64,000 bases of DNA from Mobula hypostoma (Eukaryota): assembly GCF_963921235.1 (NCBI RefSeq), contig NC_086097.1, positions 208,384,001 to 208,448,000 on the forward strand, given 5' to 3'. This document shows positions 1 through 12,985 of the stretch, in pieces. A program made the position numbers and the translations under genes. The first letter of the stretch is position 1. The number at the start of each line of letters is the position of its first letter. The notes below the pieces were generated by a model. That model saw nothing but the letters and a program-made list of their open reading frames with translations, ran no database searches and was not told the DNA's origin.

Positions 1-650
1 GGCTTCCTGTATACCGGTGACACCTGATGTAGACTGGGAGACTGCTTTGCTGAGCACCTACACTCCATCCACCAGAAGAAATGGGATCTCCCAGTGGCCA
101 CCCATTTTATCTCCACTTCTCATTCCCATTCCGATATGTCAATCCATGGCCGCCTCTACTGTCACGATAAGGCCACACTTAGGTTGGAGGAACAACACCT
201 TTTATTCCGTCTGGGTAGCCTCCAACCTGATGACATGAACATAGATTTCTCAAACTTCCGGTAATGGCCCACCCCCCCCCCCACCTCCCCTTCACCATTC
301 CCATCCCCTTTTCCCTCTCTCACCTATCTCCTTGTCTGCACTTCGCCTGCCTCTGGTGCTCCTCCCCACTTTTCTTCCTTCCATGGCCTTCTGTCCTCTC
401 CTATCAGACTCCCCCTTCTCCAGCCCTGTATCTCTTTCACCGATCAACTTCTCAGCTCTTCATCCCTCCCTCTTCAGGTTTCACCTATCACCTTGTGTTT
501 CTCTCCGCTCCCCCACCTTTTAAATCTACACCTCATCTTTTCTTCTTTCGTCCTGATGAAGGGTCTCAGCTCGAAACATCAACTGTACTTTTTTCCATAG
601 ATGCTGCCTGGTCTACTGAGTTCCTCCAGCATTCTGTGTGTGTTGCTTGG
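1..650 (+). mobile_element. Penelope 3' fragment (GIY-YIG end + pLTR)
   Basis: Homologous to about 63120-63779 (LEEQHL.FRLGSLQP motif and hammerhead tail). Confidence 0.85.
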
Positions 651-1140
651 AGTATTGTGTGCAGTTTTGGTCACTACGTACAGGAAAGATGTAAATAAGG
701 TTGAAAGAGTACAGAGAAAACTTACAAGGGTATTGCCGGGACTTGAGGGAAAGGTTAAATAGGTTAGAACTTTATTTCCTAGAATGTAGAAGACTGAGGG
801 GAGATTTGGTAGAGGTATACAAAATTATGAGGAATACAGATAGGGTAAATGCAAGCAGGCATTTTCTATTGAGGTTGGGTGTGGCTACAACTAGAGCTAA
901 TCGTTCAAGGGTGAAAGATGAATTGTTTAAGCGGAACATGAGGTCACGTAGAAGGTGTTGAGAGTGTGGAACGAGTGGCCAGCGCAAGTGCTGCATGCGG
1001 GTTCAATTTTAACATTTCAAAAATTGGATAAGTACATGGATGGGAGGGGAATGGTCTGGGTGTAGTTCAATGGGACTGGGCAAATTAATGGTTCGGCACA
1101 AACCATATGGTCCAACAGGTCTATTTCTGTGCTGTAGAGT
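651..1140 (+). mobile_element. CR1 LINE 3' fragment
   Basis: Contains RRLRGDLVEVYKIM, the CR1 ORF2 C-terminal motif, and a typical 3' tail. Confidence 0.8.
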
Positions 1141-1159
1141 TCTACGATTCTATGATACT

Positions 1160-1705
1160 ATGAATCTGCTCTGCCTTTCCCCCTAACTTTTGACACTCTT
1201 GCTAATCAAGAAGCTACCAACCTCCAGTACCCAATGACTGAGCCTCCAGAGCTGTCTGTGGCAATGAATTCCAAAGACTCACTATCTTCTAATTAAATAA
1301 ACTCTTTCTCATCTGTTTTAAATGTCCTTCTATTCTGAGGATATTCCCTCTGATGCTAGACTCTCCCACTATTAGAAACATCCTCTCCATGTCCACTCTA
1401 TCTAGGCTTTTCAATATTCAATAGGTTTCAATGAGATCCTTCCTCGTTCTTTTAAATTCCAGCATGTATAGGCTCAGAGCCATCTAATGCTCCTCCCACA
1501 TTAACTCTTTCATTCCTGGGATCATTTTTGTAAAACTTCTCTGGACCCTCTCCATTCCTTTCTTAAATATGGGGCCCAAAACTGGTCACAATATTCCAAA
1601 TGTGGTCAGAGCAATGCCTTAAAATGCCTCAGCATTACATCTTTGTTTCTATATTCTAGTCCTCTTGAAATGAATACCAACCTTGTATTTGCCTTCCTTA
1701 CTACC
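1160..1705 (-). mobile_element. CR1 LINE 3' fragment
   Basis: Reverse-complement homology to 45900-46600. Confidence 0.75.
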
Positions 1706-2845
1706 AACACAAGTAAAAATTCAAACCATGGCAGTGGCCATAAAGGGACACACGAACAGTACACTGTGCCAAGTTAAATTCGAAGCTAAATTAGAAATAC
1801 CGGAACAACAAGGGAAGAATCATGATTATATAGTATTCTCCACTGTAACAGATGAGGAAATGTTTACACAGTCAAAAGGCAGAACTGCAAGTTCTTGTAC
1901 TCGTGAGAATGTATTTATTGGAGAATGTATCAGGACAAACTGATTGTTCTGAAGTGAAAAGCATTTATTATTTAGCTACTTTTGTGAAATGTTCGTGTAG
2001 GCATAAAAATATAACAAAGCTTTTAGAAAAAAAAAGCAGCTGAGGAACGAACAGCAGTTTGGTATCACAGTGAGGGAGTGATGCAACTTAGAACAATGAA
2101 AATTAAATCTTGCTTTGGCTGAGGTACTTTGGGGACCTTGCTACTGATAATCCATCATAAATGGCAATCTTCCTTCTTGCCAGCACTAGAACAGGTAGAT
2201 TGAATTTTTATTCATTTCTGTATTGATAATTGTAACTTTAAAATTGTGTATTAACTCTGGTTGAATCTAATCAATTCTTTTTAAACATATTGGTCCACGG
2301 TTGAATTACTGCCACCGGAATAACTTTTGATTTTCACAGTACATTAAATCTCACCTGTATCTTGAATAATTCATCTTTAGTTAAATCTCCAATCCTCCAG
2401 CAATCCCTCTGATCTAATAATGATTAACCCATGCTTCTTTCCAAAATGCAATCAATCTGAATTAGGTGATTTATCAACTCCAATCCCTTTAATAAAGTAC
2501 AGGGAAAAATATGCAGCTTTTCAAGGTTCTAAAAATGAAAGGAAAAGTGTGGATAATCTCCTTGTAGTAGAGTTCTAGACAAGTGAAAGCTAATCTCAAG
2601 CCCTTGTCCACTTTGAGTCTACAAACCTCTCTGTCTTTCTTCCAATGGCGATTTGAGTGCTTTTTTTAAAAAGGTAACAGAATTTGTCTGAACTGTGAAA
2701 TTTAAAGAAATTTAACTCAATAGAATCAATTTCTGTAGGTTTAAAGATAGAATCCTTCTCTTGTAAATAGTTGCCACTTCTGTCATTACACATTCTTGGA
2801 GGTCTGATCATTTAAAATTTGACCAAGTGCCATTTAGTCATATAT

Positions 2846-2975
2846 TGCCTGACGAAGGGTCTCGGCCTGAAACATTGACTGTACCTCTTCCTAGAGATGC
2901 TGCCTGGCCTGCTGCGTTCACCAGCAACTTTGATGTGTGTTGCTTGAATTTCCAGCATCTGCAGAATTCCTGTTG
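2846..2975 (+). mobile_element. Short Penelope pLTR-derived insert with hammerhead core
   Basis: Reads CTGACGAAGGGTCTCGGCCTGAAAC...CCAGCATCTGCAG. Confidence 0.8.
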
Positions 2976-3073
2976 ATTGCTCACATGATGTTTAATAACA
3001 TGATCATGCCTGCTTGCAGACTGCAGCATGCTGTTCAGTTAAGATTAAAAGATTGTTACTATTCCTACATATA

Positions 3074-3898
3074 CAGAGGATTCTGATTAATTGGGACACA
3101 TTGACACCAGTATATTTTGGCCCAATTAAGCAGGTGTCCCAACTGGTTTCATGAAAATAGTTAAAAAGGTACAAAGAAAGACAAACCACCATTTACCTGA
3201 GTAACAAATTATGTATTTAAAAGAAATACAGAACGAATTAGAACACTGCTAATACCACTACAGCACTAGAAAACTGTAATAGTTCTTAGCAGCTATCAAT
3301 TGAGGAATTCATCCAGTGTATCCTGCCCTGCCCTTTTGATTGACTGTAAATGAACAAAATCAGCAAAGACACCTAGTGCAGATAATGAACTGCCTTCGTA
3401 CAATTCTTTTAATGATTGCATCCTCCAAATCTTCATTTTCATTGTAACATTCACGATGATTGTTCATACCTGCAAATTCTTTGTAGTTCCTAACTTGTGA
3501 AATCATTTCATTTTCACCCCTGCCGTTCTGGCACCTCCAAACCTGAATACTTGAAACCACAGTGCACAAAACAGTTCTGAATTATCTCACTGCTTTCTTG
3601 CCACCTAGCAGTGACAAAAATCACTGCTTTTTGAACACAAAGACTTGCATCTGATGCTATTTAAAAGCAGTTTGCTTGAAGCATGGTGCAGTGTCTAACA
3701 ACCACATAAGTACACACAACTGACGCTAGACAGAAACTGTACGGCAATAATCTCCTGTCCCAATTAACCAGCATAGTATCCCAAATAAACAAAGGGAATC
3801 CTAGCTATTTTCTCGATTAGTTTTGGTTCTTTAAAAGTTGTCCCAAATAAGCCACTGCCCTGATTAACCAATGACCCAATCAACCAGAATCCATTTTG
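3074..3898. mobile_element. Non-autonomous Tc1/mariner (Tigger/pogo-like) DNA transposon
   Basis: It has imperfect TIRs (CAGAGGATTCTGATTAATTGGG / CCCAATCAACCAGAATCCATTTTG), a left TA and internal GTCCCAA subrepeats. Confidence 0.6.
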
Positions 3899-4877
3899 TT
3901 TATAGGATAAACAAAAAAACTATGACTATTACAGGTAGTGGGGAAGTTAATGGAAACCATCTCTGGGTAAGGTATGGGCTAATCAAGAAAGGGCAGCAGT
4001 CTGACTAACTTCAGAGAATTATTCAACATAACAAAAAGGCTAATTAAGGTGAAGGACTAGACATTGGGTGAAGAAATTTCAGAAAGAAGACAACAAAACA
4101 TCATATAAAATGGACATTCATAAATTAAGGATACCTAATTCACTGTATTAGCTTACATTTACTTTAGCTGTATCACAGTATTAAAGCTCCAGTAAAACTT
4201 TTGACTATCTGCTTTACTGTGAAGTGGAATTATTTATAAAGCAAAAGATAGAAAATATATTTTTGTTAAAAAATATGCTTGTCATATTTCTACATTGGTC
4301 ACAATGAGAAAGAGCAATACCACTGACTCAACTAAATCTTTAAATAGTTTTTGTATAACTATTACCTTTTAAAACAATACACAGCAAGTAATAAAATAAA
4401 AATCAGTACCAAACTTAGCTTCAGTGACAAAGAGCTACCAACAGTATCCATCTCCCAGAGAAAAATTATACAACAGTTGTCAAAGGCTAAAATGGACAAC
4501 CTGCCAAGATTTCTCCCTTTTCCTCCCTCCTTTCACCATCCCACCAGCTATCATCCATATTCCTCAACTATTTGCCACTCTCTCCCTCCTCAAGTAACTC
4601 TTTCAAGATTCAATTAGTTCCAATTTGATTTCTACTAGCTCTGATACTATCAACCTCACAGGGAATAAATATGTATCCAAGTAAATGAATTACCCCAACA
4701 ACAACAAATAAAACACTGGTACAAATGGAGTAGTTTGTATGCATCAACTATACACACAGTGCCTTTAAGTCATCAAGTCATCTACAAGACACCAATAACC
4801 TTTTGGTTGTGAACCCATTGACTGATGTGAAAAGTTCAATAGTTGAAGTTGAAATTAAATGAATGATGTTAGCTTAC

Positions 4878-5032
4878 CTCTGCAGTCATTTTTGCCAGTC
4901 TATCTGGTGCAATATTCCCACATAGGACATTCCTCCTCAGATTGGGGTTCTTTGAATCTTTTAAATTTGCAATTCTGCTCCTCACTCTGTTTTTATATTT
5001 CATATCTGTGTTTTTAAATTCTTGATACACGC
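4878..5032 (-). CDS. TCEA1: TCEA1 exon 7 (155 nt); later exons not found in window
   Basis: Translates to (C)[51 protein letters not shown]. It is preceded by an AC acceptor and followed by GTAAG. Confidence 0.95.
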
Positions 5033-7743
5033 GTTAGAAACTGTTAAGGAAACTCAAAGAAGTTATAAGTTTTGTTAAAAATAGTATTAGATTACTACTA
5101 ATTGAATACCAGGAAGTTTAAGCAAAAAATCATTCTACAGCTAACCCAGATTATTGCTATTTCAATAATAAAAAACAAATATTGTAAAAATTTAATGGGA
5201 GTCATAGAACACAGATACAGGTCCCATCAATCTCATTGCCCACTTAGCCAGGCCCAATTTCCTACTGTTTGTCCCCCTCCTCTATGTATTTATACAAGCG
5301 CTTCTTAAATGATATTATTGTACCTGCCTCAACTAATTCCTCAGGCAGCTCCTTCCATTTACTCACAGAATCAGAATCAGGTTTAATATCATTGGCATTT
5401 GTCATGAAATTTGTTGTTTTGCAGCAGCAGTACATTGAAAAAACATAAGTTACAATAGGAAATACATACAAAACATCAAATAACAGAGCAAAAAAAAACA
5501 AGGTAGTGTTCATGGGTTCATTGTTCATTAAGAAATCTGACGGCAGAGGGGAAGAAGCTGTTCCTGAAACATTGAGTGTGTGTCATCAGACTCCAGTACC
5601 TCTTCCTTGATGGTAGCAACAAGAGGGTATGTCCTCGGTGATGGCTGTCCTTAACGATAAATGCGGCCCTTTTGAGACATTGCCTTTCGAAGGTGTCCTG
5701 GATGCTGGAGGGGCTAGTACTCATGATGGAGCTGGCTGAATTTACAACTTGCTGCAGCTATTTCCAATCCTGTGCAATGGGCCTCTCCGTACCAGACGGT
5801 GATGCAACCCGTTAAGAGTGCTCTCCATGGTACAGAAATTTGTGAGAGTCTTTGGTGACATACCAAGTCTTCTCAAACTTCTAATGAAATGTAGCCGCTT
5901 TCGTGCCTTCTTTGTCATTGCATCAATATGTTGAGATGTTGACACCCAGGAACTTGAAATCGATCACACTTTCCGCTGCAGATCCCTCGATGAGGACTGG
6001 TGTGTGTGCCCTTGACTTCTTACTGAAGTCCACAATTTCTTGGCCCTATTGACAATGAATGCAAGGTTATTGTTGCGACAGCACTTAAAACAGATAATCT
6101 ATCTCACTCCTGTACCCCTCTTCATCACTATCTGAAATTCTGCCAACAATAGTTCTGTCATCAGCAAATTTATAGATGACATTTGAGCTGTGCCTGGCCA
6201 CACAGTTGTGCATGGAGAGTGAGTAGAGCAGTGGGCTAAGCACACATCCTCGAGATGCACTAGTGTTGTCAGCAAAGAGATGTTATTTCAGATGATCTCC
6301 ACTGAACGTGGTCTCCTAGTGAGGAAGTCAAGGATCCAGTTGCAGAGGCGTGTATAGAGGCCCAGGTTTTGGAGCTTGTTGATTAGAACTGAGGATATGA
6401 TTGTATTGAATGCTGAGTTGTAGTCAATAAACAGCAGCCTCACATAGGTATTACTATTGTCCATGTAATTCAAGGCTGAGTGGAGAGCCAGTGAGATTTC
6501 ATTTGTTGTAGACCTATTGTGGTAATGGGCAAATGGCAGCAGGTCCAGGTCCTTGCATAGTCAGGTAGTGATTCCAGCCATGACCAGCCTCTCAAAGCCC
6601 TTCATCACAGTAGATGTGAGTACCACTGGATGATAGTCATTAAGGCAGCTCACCCTGCTCCTCCTGAGCTCTGGTATGATTGTCGCCCTTTTAAAGCAGC
6701 ACCCCCTGCATGAAAAAGTTGTCCCTCAAATCTCTTTTGAAACTTTCCCGTCTCACTATAAATCTATGTCTCCTAGTTTTGGACTCCACTACCTTGGGAA
6801 AAACTGTTACTGTCCATCTTACCTAGGCCTCTTATAATTTTAAACATGCCTATAAGCCTTCCCTTCATTTTCCTACATTCCAATGAATAAAGACCTATCC
6901 TGGTCAACATCTCCCTGTGACCCAGGCCCTTTAATCCTGGCAACAGCCTCACAAATCTTATCTGCAGTTTTTCATATAATGAACTTCAAAACTACCTTGC
7001 AACAAATCCAAGTGATTTTTCATATCTATATACTTCTGATACTTTTTTTTTTAAATAAGGGGCAATATATATTTAATAGCATAAGGAGAAACTTGAGTTT
7101 GAGAAAGAAATGAGCATGTCCCACTTTCTAACCCAAGGTGTAACCACGGGCACCGGCATGGGCTCCAGCTATGCCTGCCTTTCCACCTCTAGTGATCCCA
7201 AACATACAAATTTTATGACCCCTAGGATAAGGACAACAGGTGCAGGGCATCAGAGCCTGCAGTTAACAACTCTACCCCTAGTTGGAAATATGACCATTAG
7301 TTCATCATAAAATCCTGAAATCCCATTTAATTGAAATTGCAAATCAAGTGGCTGGTTTAAGTGATGCTGAGTTTCCTGAATGTTATGTGAGTTCACAAAA
7401 TAATACAGATTCTGAAAATCTGAAATAAAAACAAAATGTTGTTTGTCCCCTAGGCGATGCCCCAAATTCCAAATTGTCCAATTATTTTCTGGACAGCAGA
7501 ATCCAGGTGAGGGGAAATAAAAAACTGAATAGTAGGCCAATAGATATTAACAAGGAGGCTCAATTTAATTTGGTCCTTTTAACAACCATGGTACTGCCTC
7601 AATAGCTCCATACCCCAACTTTCAATACATGTACTTTTTGATAACTGCTTTCAAGGTTAGTTACTTAGAAATTTAATATGGTTTTTCAGCCAAATTCTGA
7701 CCACTGCAATAGTCAGGATCTCAAGTTATTTAAAGAAGGATAT
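5033..7743 (-). other. TCEA1: U12-type (minor spliceosome) AT-AC intron of TCEA1
   Basis: The 5' site ATATCCTT is at 7743-7736, the branch site TTCCTTAAC at 5051-5043 and the terminal AC at 5034-5033. Splicing here keeps the reading frame (EE-C-VYQE). Confidence 0.93.
5368..6700 (-). mobile_element. Rex1/Babar-type LINE 3' fragment, nested in a CR1 remnant inside the U12 intron
   Basis: Contains [25 protein letters not shown] and FRNSFFPSAVR, with a (TCTGAT)n tail. Confidence 0.8.
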
Positions 7744-7800
7744 ATTCCTCAATTTGAGCTCCAAGCTCTTCACAGTCTGAGCCAATAGCTATGTAATCAC
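7744..7800 (-). CDS. TCEA1: TCEA1 exon 6 (57 nt)
   Basis: Translates to (G)DYIAIGSDCEELGAQIEE. It has an AG acceptor and is followed by the U12 donor ATATCCTT. Confidence 0.93.
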
Positions 7801-10019
7801 CTAAATAGAAGAAACAGAACAGAAATGAGTTACAACACCTATGCTAAATTTCTCCTAAACATACAGCCCCTTCCATACACACACAAACACACTAAGCACC
7901 CCTCAAAATAAAGCAGAAACCCTCTCCCACACCCTCCAACCTCTCCCTGACCACCCCCCCCCACACAAACACAGCAATAATCAGCCCAGCCAACCTCCCT
8001 CCTCCCCCCCCCCAACACGTGTGCACACTCATATGCAAAGTGAAGACACTTTTTTTTTTAGGTAAATTGCTGTGACAGTAGTTGATCCTTCTGTCTGCAA
8101 TAACATGTTGGCATCAATTTCAACATTTGGTATCAGTGCAGAGATTACATCAGATAAATACCATAATCTAATTTCAGAGGATTGTAATAAACAAAATAGA
8201 TTTAATTTTACAGCAAACTGTCTGAATCCTTTAATTATCCTTACTGCATGGTAATCATCACCAAATACAATGTCCTCTCTTGTATATAACAGTATAGTCA
8301 TTGAATACCAAATATAGCCTGCTAGAGCACTTTCATCTAAACTGCACAACCAGAACACAAAAATTCAACCACCATTCCAATTATGGCTAATCAAAAAGCC
8401 AATGGATACAATTCACATCGGAAGATCCTCTCAAAGTCTCCAGGCTAACCAATTAAATGGACTGGACCTATACTCACCAGACTTTAGAAGAATGAGAAGT
8501 AATTTTATTGAATTTTTGCAGGCTGTTACATGGCAGATGCAAGGATGATACTATGCCTGGCTAAAAACATCTCATAGCAGAGTGAAGGCTCAGTCATTGC
8601 GTATACCAAAATAAACACCAATAGATTTTTGGATATTAAAGCAATCAAAGAACATGGGAGCTAGTACAAGAAAGATGCCAGGGTGTGGCCCTTCTACACG
8701 GCCCTAGTACATGGAAGACACTGGGATGCAACCCTGCACGGCTAGTGGATGACTCATCCCAGGCCTGATGTGTCAAAGGAGAAGGAACATCAGGATTTTG
8801 CAGTGGTCGATGCTGTGGACGGGGGTCTCTGTAGTCAAACGACTGCTATCTCTCTCTACGGTAGGGAGGCTTGCCGCTGATTCTTGAGTCGGAGAATCTC
8901 AGAATAAAAAGCGACGCAGCAGATGGTAACATCATAACAGCATCTGTTAGTCTCCCCTTTGGCTGTGAAATGGGTGACATACGTCTGAAGTGTCTATGTG
9001 TGTGTGAGTGAGAGAGAGAGAGAAAGAGAGACACTGTCAAACTGTCAGGTAAACAATAGTTTTTGTTGACTGCAGATCATAATTTCTCTTTGGGGCTTTG
9101 CTATTGCAGTGGGTGGTGGGGACTGATGCTTTTTTGCTGAAATGGGTGGAGTGGGGAGGTTGATGCTCTGCTGCTGCTTGCACGGGGGGAGAGGGGGCTT
9201 TGGCATTATAATGTTTTTCCTTCACTCGTTTGGGGTTCTTCTGTTTTCTGTGGATGTCTGCGAAGACTAAGTAGTACAGATTGTATACTGTATACATTCT
9301 GATAATAAATGAAACCATTTGAAAGTAAAAGAAATAATAAAAAAAAACTGCATAGCAGAGTAGTGGCAATGGGCAAATAGCCTATTCCTGCTACCATTTC
9401 TTTTGTTATTATGATTTGATTATGCTCATACCTGTTATGAATACAGAGCTTTATTTATAATAGATATATGCATAATCTTGGCACAATTGGGAAACATGAA
9501 ATTTCTGTGTCCTCCTCCTCATATTCCAAATACAGCATGGACAGGTTGCTTTTATAGGACACACTGGTGTCCACACCATACTAGACAGTGCACATTTCAA
9601 TCACAATACTTCAGTACAATTGTTAGATACCTCAGTGCAATGAACAGACAGTTCAGGAGCAGAAAATTCCTGGAACTACAACCTACTTCTCACCCCTATC
9701 TTCATCTGTTTCTCAGAAATGGATCATCTGAGAGAAATGTCCCCAAAAGTAACTTCAAATTGAATAGTTAATGTTTTTCAAAGAGCTAAGCCACACCCCA
9801 GGCTACCACTCATCAACTGGCATTCAGTATGACCTCTCCTCTAGTTGGCTTGTGCAGAGATTGCATCAGAAATCCTTCCTGGACACACACATAACAAATT
9901 CTGCCCCATCAGAACCTTTTGCTCCAAGGAGGTACTATTCAATATTAGGGAAGTTGAATGTCATCTAGGATAAAATGCTGTCATCTTTGCACCTTTTCAA
10001 GATCTTCATAGCAATCTGC

Positions 10020-10410
10020 TCATAAGACATAGGAACAGAATTAGGCTATTGGCCCATCAAGTCCGCCCCGCCATTCCATCATGGCTGAGTTATCTCTCTC
10101 AACCCTGTTCTCCTGCCTTCTCCCTGTAACCTTTGACACCCTTACTAATCAAGAACATATCAACCTCTGGTTTAAATATACCTAATGACTTGATCTCCAC
10201 AGCCCTCAATGTCAAGGACTTTCAGATTCACTACCCTCTGGCTAAAGAAATTCCTCCTCATCTCTGTTCAAAATGGACAACCCAATATTCTGAGCCTGAG
10301 ACCTCTAGTCCTAGACTCTCCACCATTGGAAACATCCTCTCCATGTCCACTCTATCTAGGCCTTTCAATATTTGAGCAGTTTCAATGAGATTCCTCCCTC
10401 ATTCTTCACT
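10020..10410 (-). mobile_element. CR1 3' fragment
   Basis: Homologous to 1160-1450 and 34215-34580. Confidence 0.75.
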
Positions 10411-12839
10411 GACACCTCAGGTGTCTCTGTTGCTTCAGGAATTGGTTTACATTTAGTTAACTGACATCCTGTCAATTTCAAAAAATGCTGTGAAAGAATA
10501 AAGCACTATTACATCCAAAAGACAAAACAAATTTCAAAAAACACTTACTGTCAGATCAAAATTGATAAAAGTTCTGTTTCATGGTTGGGGACATTAACTG
10601 GCATTCAAGAATTTTATTTCTTCTATTTTCCTTAAGACACAGAAGGAATCATTAACATGATGACTCCTGAAGCAAACCTATCTGTTCTATTCCTCCATTA
10701 CTCCCCCACCTATAACCCTGCAATCTGTTCTCTTTCAGATGTCCATGGGAGCAATATAGTGACCCTTTAACCCTACGGCATATCTTTGGAAATTGACAGG
10801 AGAGCAGAACACCCAGGGGAAACAGAAGGTACAAGGCACACACAGAGATCTAAAGGTCAGGATCAAACCAACCCAGATCACTGCAGCTGTCTGGTAGCAG
10901 AACTAACTGTTGGTGTTTAACTTGATATGAATGAGCAGGGGTGGAGGGTGTTTGGTGATAGAAGACCAATGAGGTTCAAAATATTTTCCAACTTCTACGC
11001 TTTTGTCTACCTAACAACACACGAACACAAGAAAATAAAGGGAATAAGCCACTTGGCCCCTTAAGTTTGCCCTGCCATTTAATATGACCATAGTTGATGC
11101 ATGTTGGCCTCAACTCTTCTTTTGTGCCAGTTCCTCATTCTTTCAAATATTTAACTGCCTCCACCACCCTCAGGGGCAGAAAATGACAGTGTTTCATTAC
11201 CTTCTGACAGATGTTCCTACGTATCTAATTTTTAAATGATCCGAGCTTATTTCGTGGCCATGTCCCCTTCTTTGTGATTCTGCTTGTGTTGCCCTTAAGG
11301 CATTTATTTGACTTTGTTGGGTCTGTGCTTTAAATGATTTGTTTGTAACTATTTTCTAGTTAAAGTTAAAGGTTGATAATTAAGTTACAGTATAACAAAG
11401 GGAAATTCATTGTCTATGGTATATCGTGGCATGTGATGACGTCACCTCCGGTTTTGCCACGTCTTGTGTATAACCTTGGGAAGATGTAAAGGTGGGTGCC
11501 ATGCGTGCAGCATGATCATTCAGAGCTCCGTTTCTACCCACAAAGAAACATTATAGAAGCAACGCTGTAAGTTTATAAGAATGTATTTGAAGTAAAAATA
11601 TTAACGCGGTTTCTGTTAAGGAAGCGGCGGTTGGGGCGGCGCACGTGTCGGCTTTTCAATTTCAAACTCGGAGTCGGCTCGAGCCCGATGGCTGCTTGAC
11701 AGGACCCCCCTGTTGCCTGCTACTCGGGGCGGCTGGAGACACTCGCTAAAAGAAGAGAGCACGCATGGCCTCCAGAATGAAACAGACGCTGCATATGTTT
11801 ATATTTTTTTATCAACAGTTTTCACCATACGATGTTAATGTGGAAGAGTGCACAGTAAATGGTTGACCTTACTATGACTCTGTCTTTATTGGCTCCGGTT
11901 TAACTTGGTGTTTAGTCAGTTTCAACACACTGCACGAGAACACTATACTGCTGCTAGTGGAAACATCTCAATGTCTACCTTGTAGGGCCTGCTTATGATT
12001 TTTGAATAAGGTCACCCCCCCCATTTTTCTAAACTCCAAGAAATATAAACCCAAATTGCCTTGCTTCTCTTGAGAGTACAACCCTCTCATCCCAAGAATC
12101 AGCTTTGTGCATTTCCTTTGGACTGTCCCCAATCCTTTTTTTAAGACAAATCTGGATGCAGTATTTCAGATGTGGTCCCACCAGCTTCTTGCACACAAAA
12201 TAACAAAGCCTCTGTATTCATAAATTCCAACCCAATTGTAATAAAGCTGTTTGTGCTCTTATTTACTTGTTAGGAAGTGCTGCTGACATGTGATTCAGTC
12301 ACTGGAACATCTACTGTACATCCCTAGAAACTTCACTCATTTGTGGTGTCTTTCCATTTAGAAAATAACCAGCCTTCTGGTTCCTCTTACCAAAATGCAT
12401 GACCTCATGCCACCCATTCATCTGTCAAGTGTTCACCCAATCACTTGCTCTAGCTATAACCCATGCAGAATCAACGTTCTAATCACAATATGCCTTTCCA
12501 GCCATTTATGTATCATCAGCAAAGCATTTAAATCAATGCTTCTACATTCAGCAAATCATGCTTAGGCTGGTTTCCATATCAAACACCTTTATTTAAGTGA
12601 ATACAAACCTTCATTGACGTTATACACATCTCACGTACCCTTTCCAAGAGAACCAGCTTGATTTGAAGATGGCGTCTTTCTACTCCCATTAGATGAGAGC
12701 ATTCAAAACCCAGAATGCTCAAGACTGCTTGCTAGGGTTTTCTGGAGTGAGATGTGAATGTAGAGATGGGAATGCAGCCATTGAGCTGAAGTTTTATTTT
12801 ATATTTGCATGTTTTAAAGTTAAATGAAGTACAACTTAC

Positions 12840-12985
12840 CATCTGTTTTCATTGCAGCAGTTAACATTTCTCTGCACTTGATCCGTACTGAGTCAGTGGT
12901 GAAAGGAGCCTGAGGGTAACTTTTAAGTTGAAAAGGTGATTGAGTATAGAGTGCTTCATGGGAGTTGCTGGAAATGCTTCCCGAA
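12840..12985 (-). CDS. TCEA1: TCEA1 exon 5 (146 nt)
   Basis: Translates to SGSISSNSHEALYTQSPFQLKSYPQAPFTTDSVRIKCREMLTAAMKTD, the start of the TFIIS central domain, with AG and GTAAGT boundaries. Confidence 0.93.

Noticed and set aside
1..4877. TCEA1 exons 8-10 (zinc ribbon)
   Set aside because: No EMASDELK, CGKC or QTRSADEPMTTF coding sequence was found by eye, so they presumably lie outside the window.
12639..12785. Exon-like segment in TCEA1 intron 5 (CAG ... GTACGT)
   Set aside because: It has stop codons in all three frames and a weak pyrimidine tract. Without RNA data it is at most a cryptic or poison exon.
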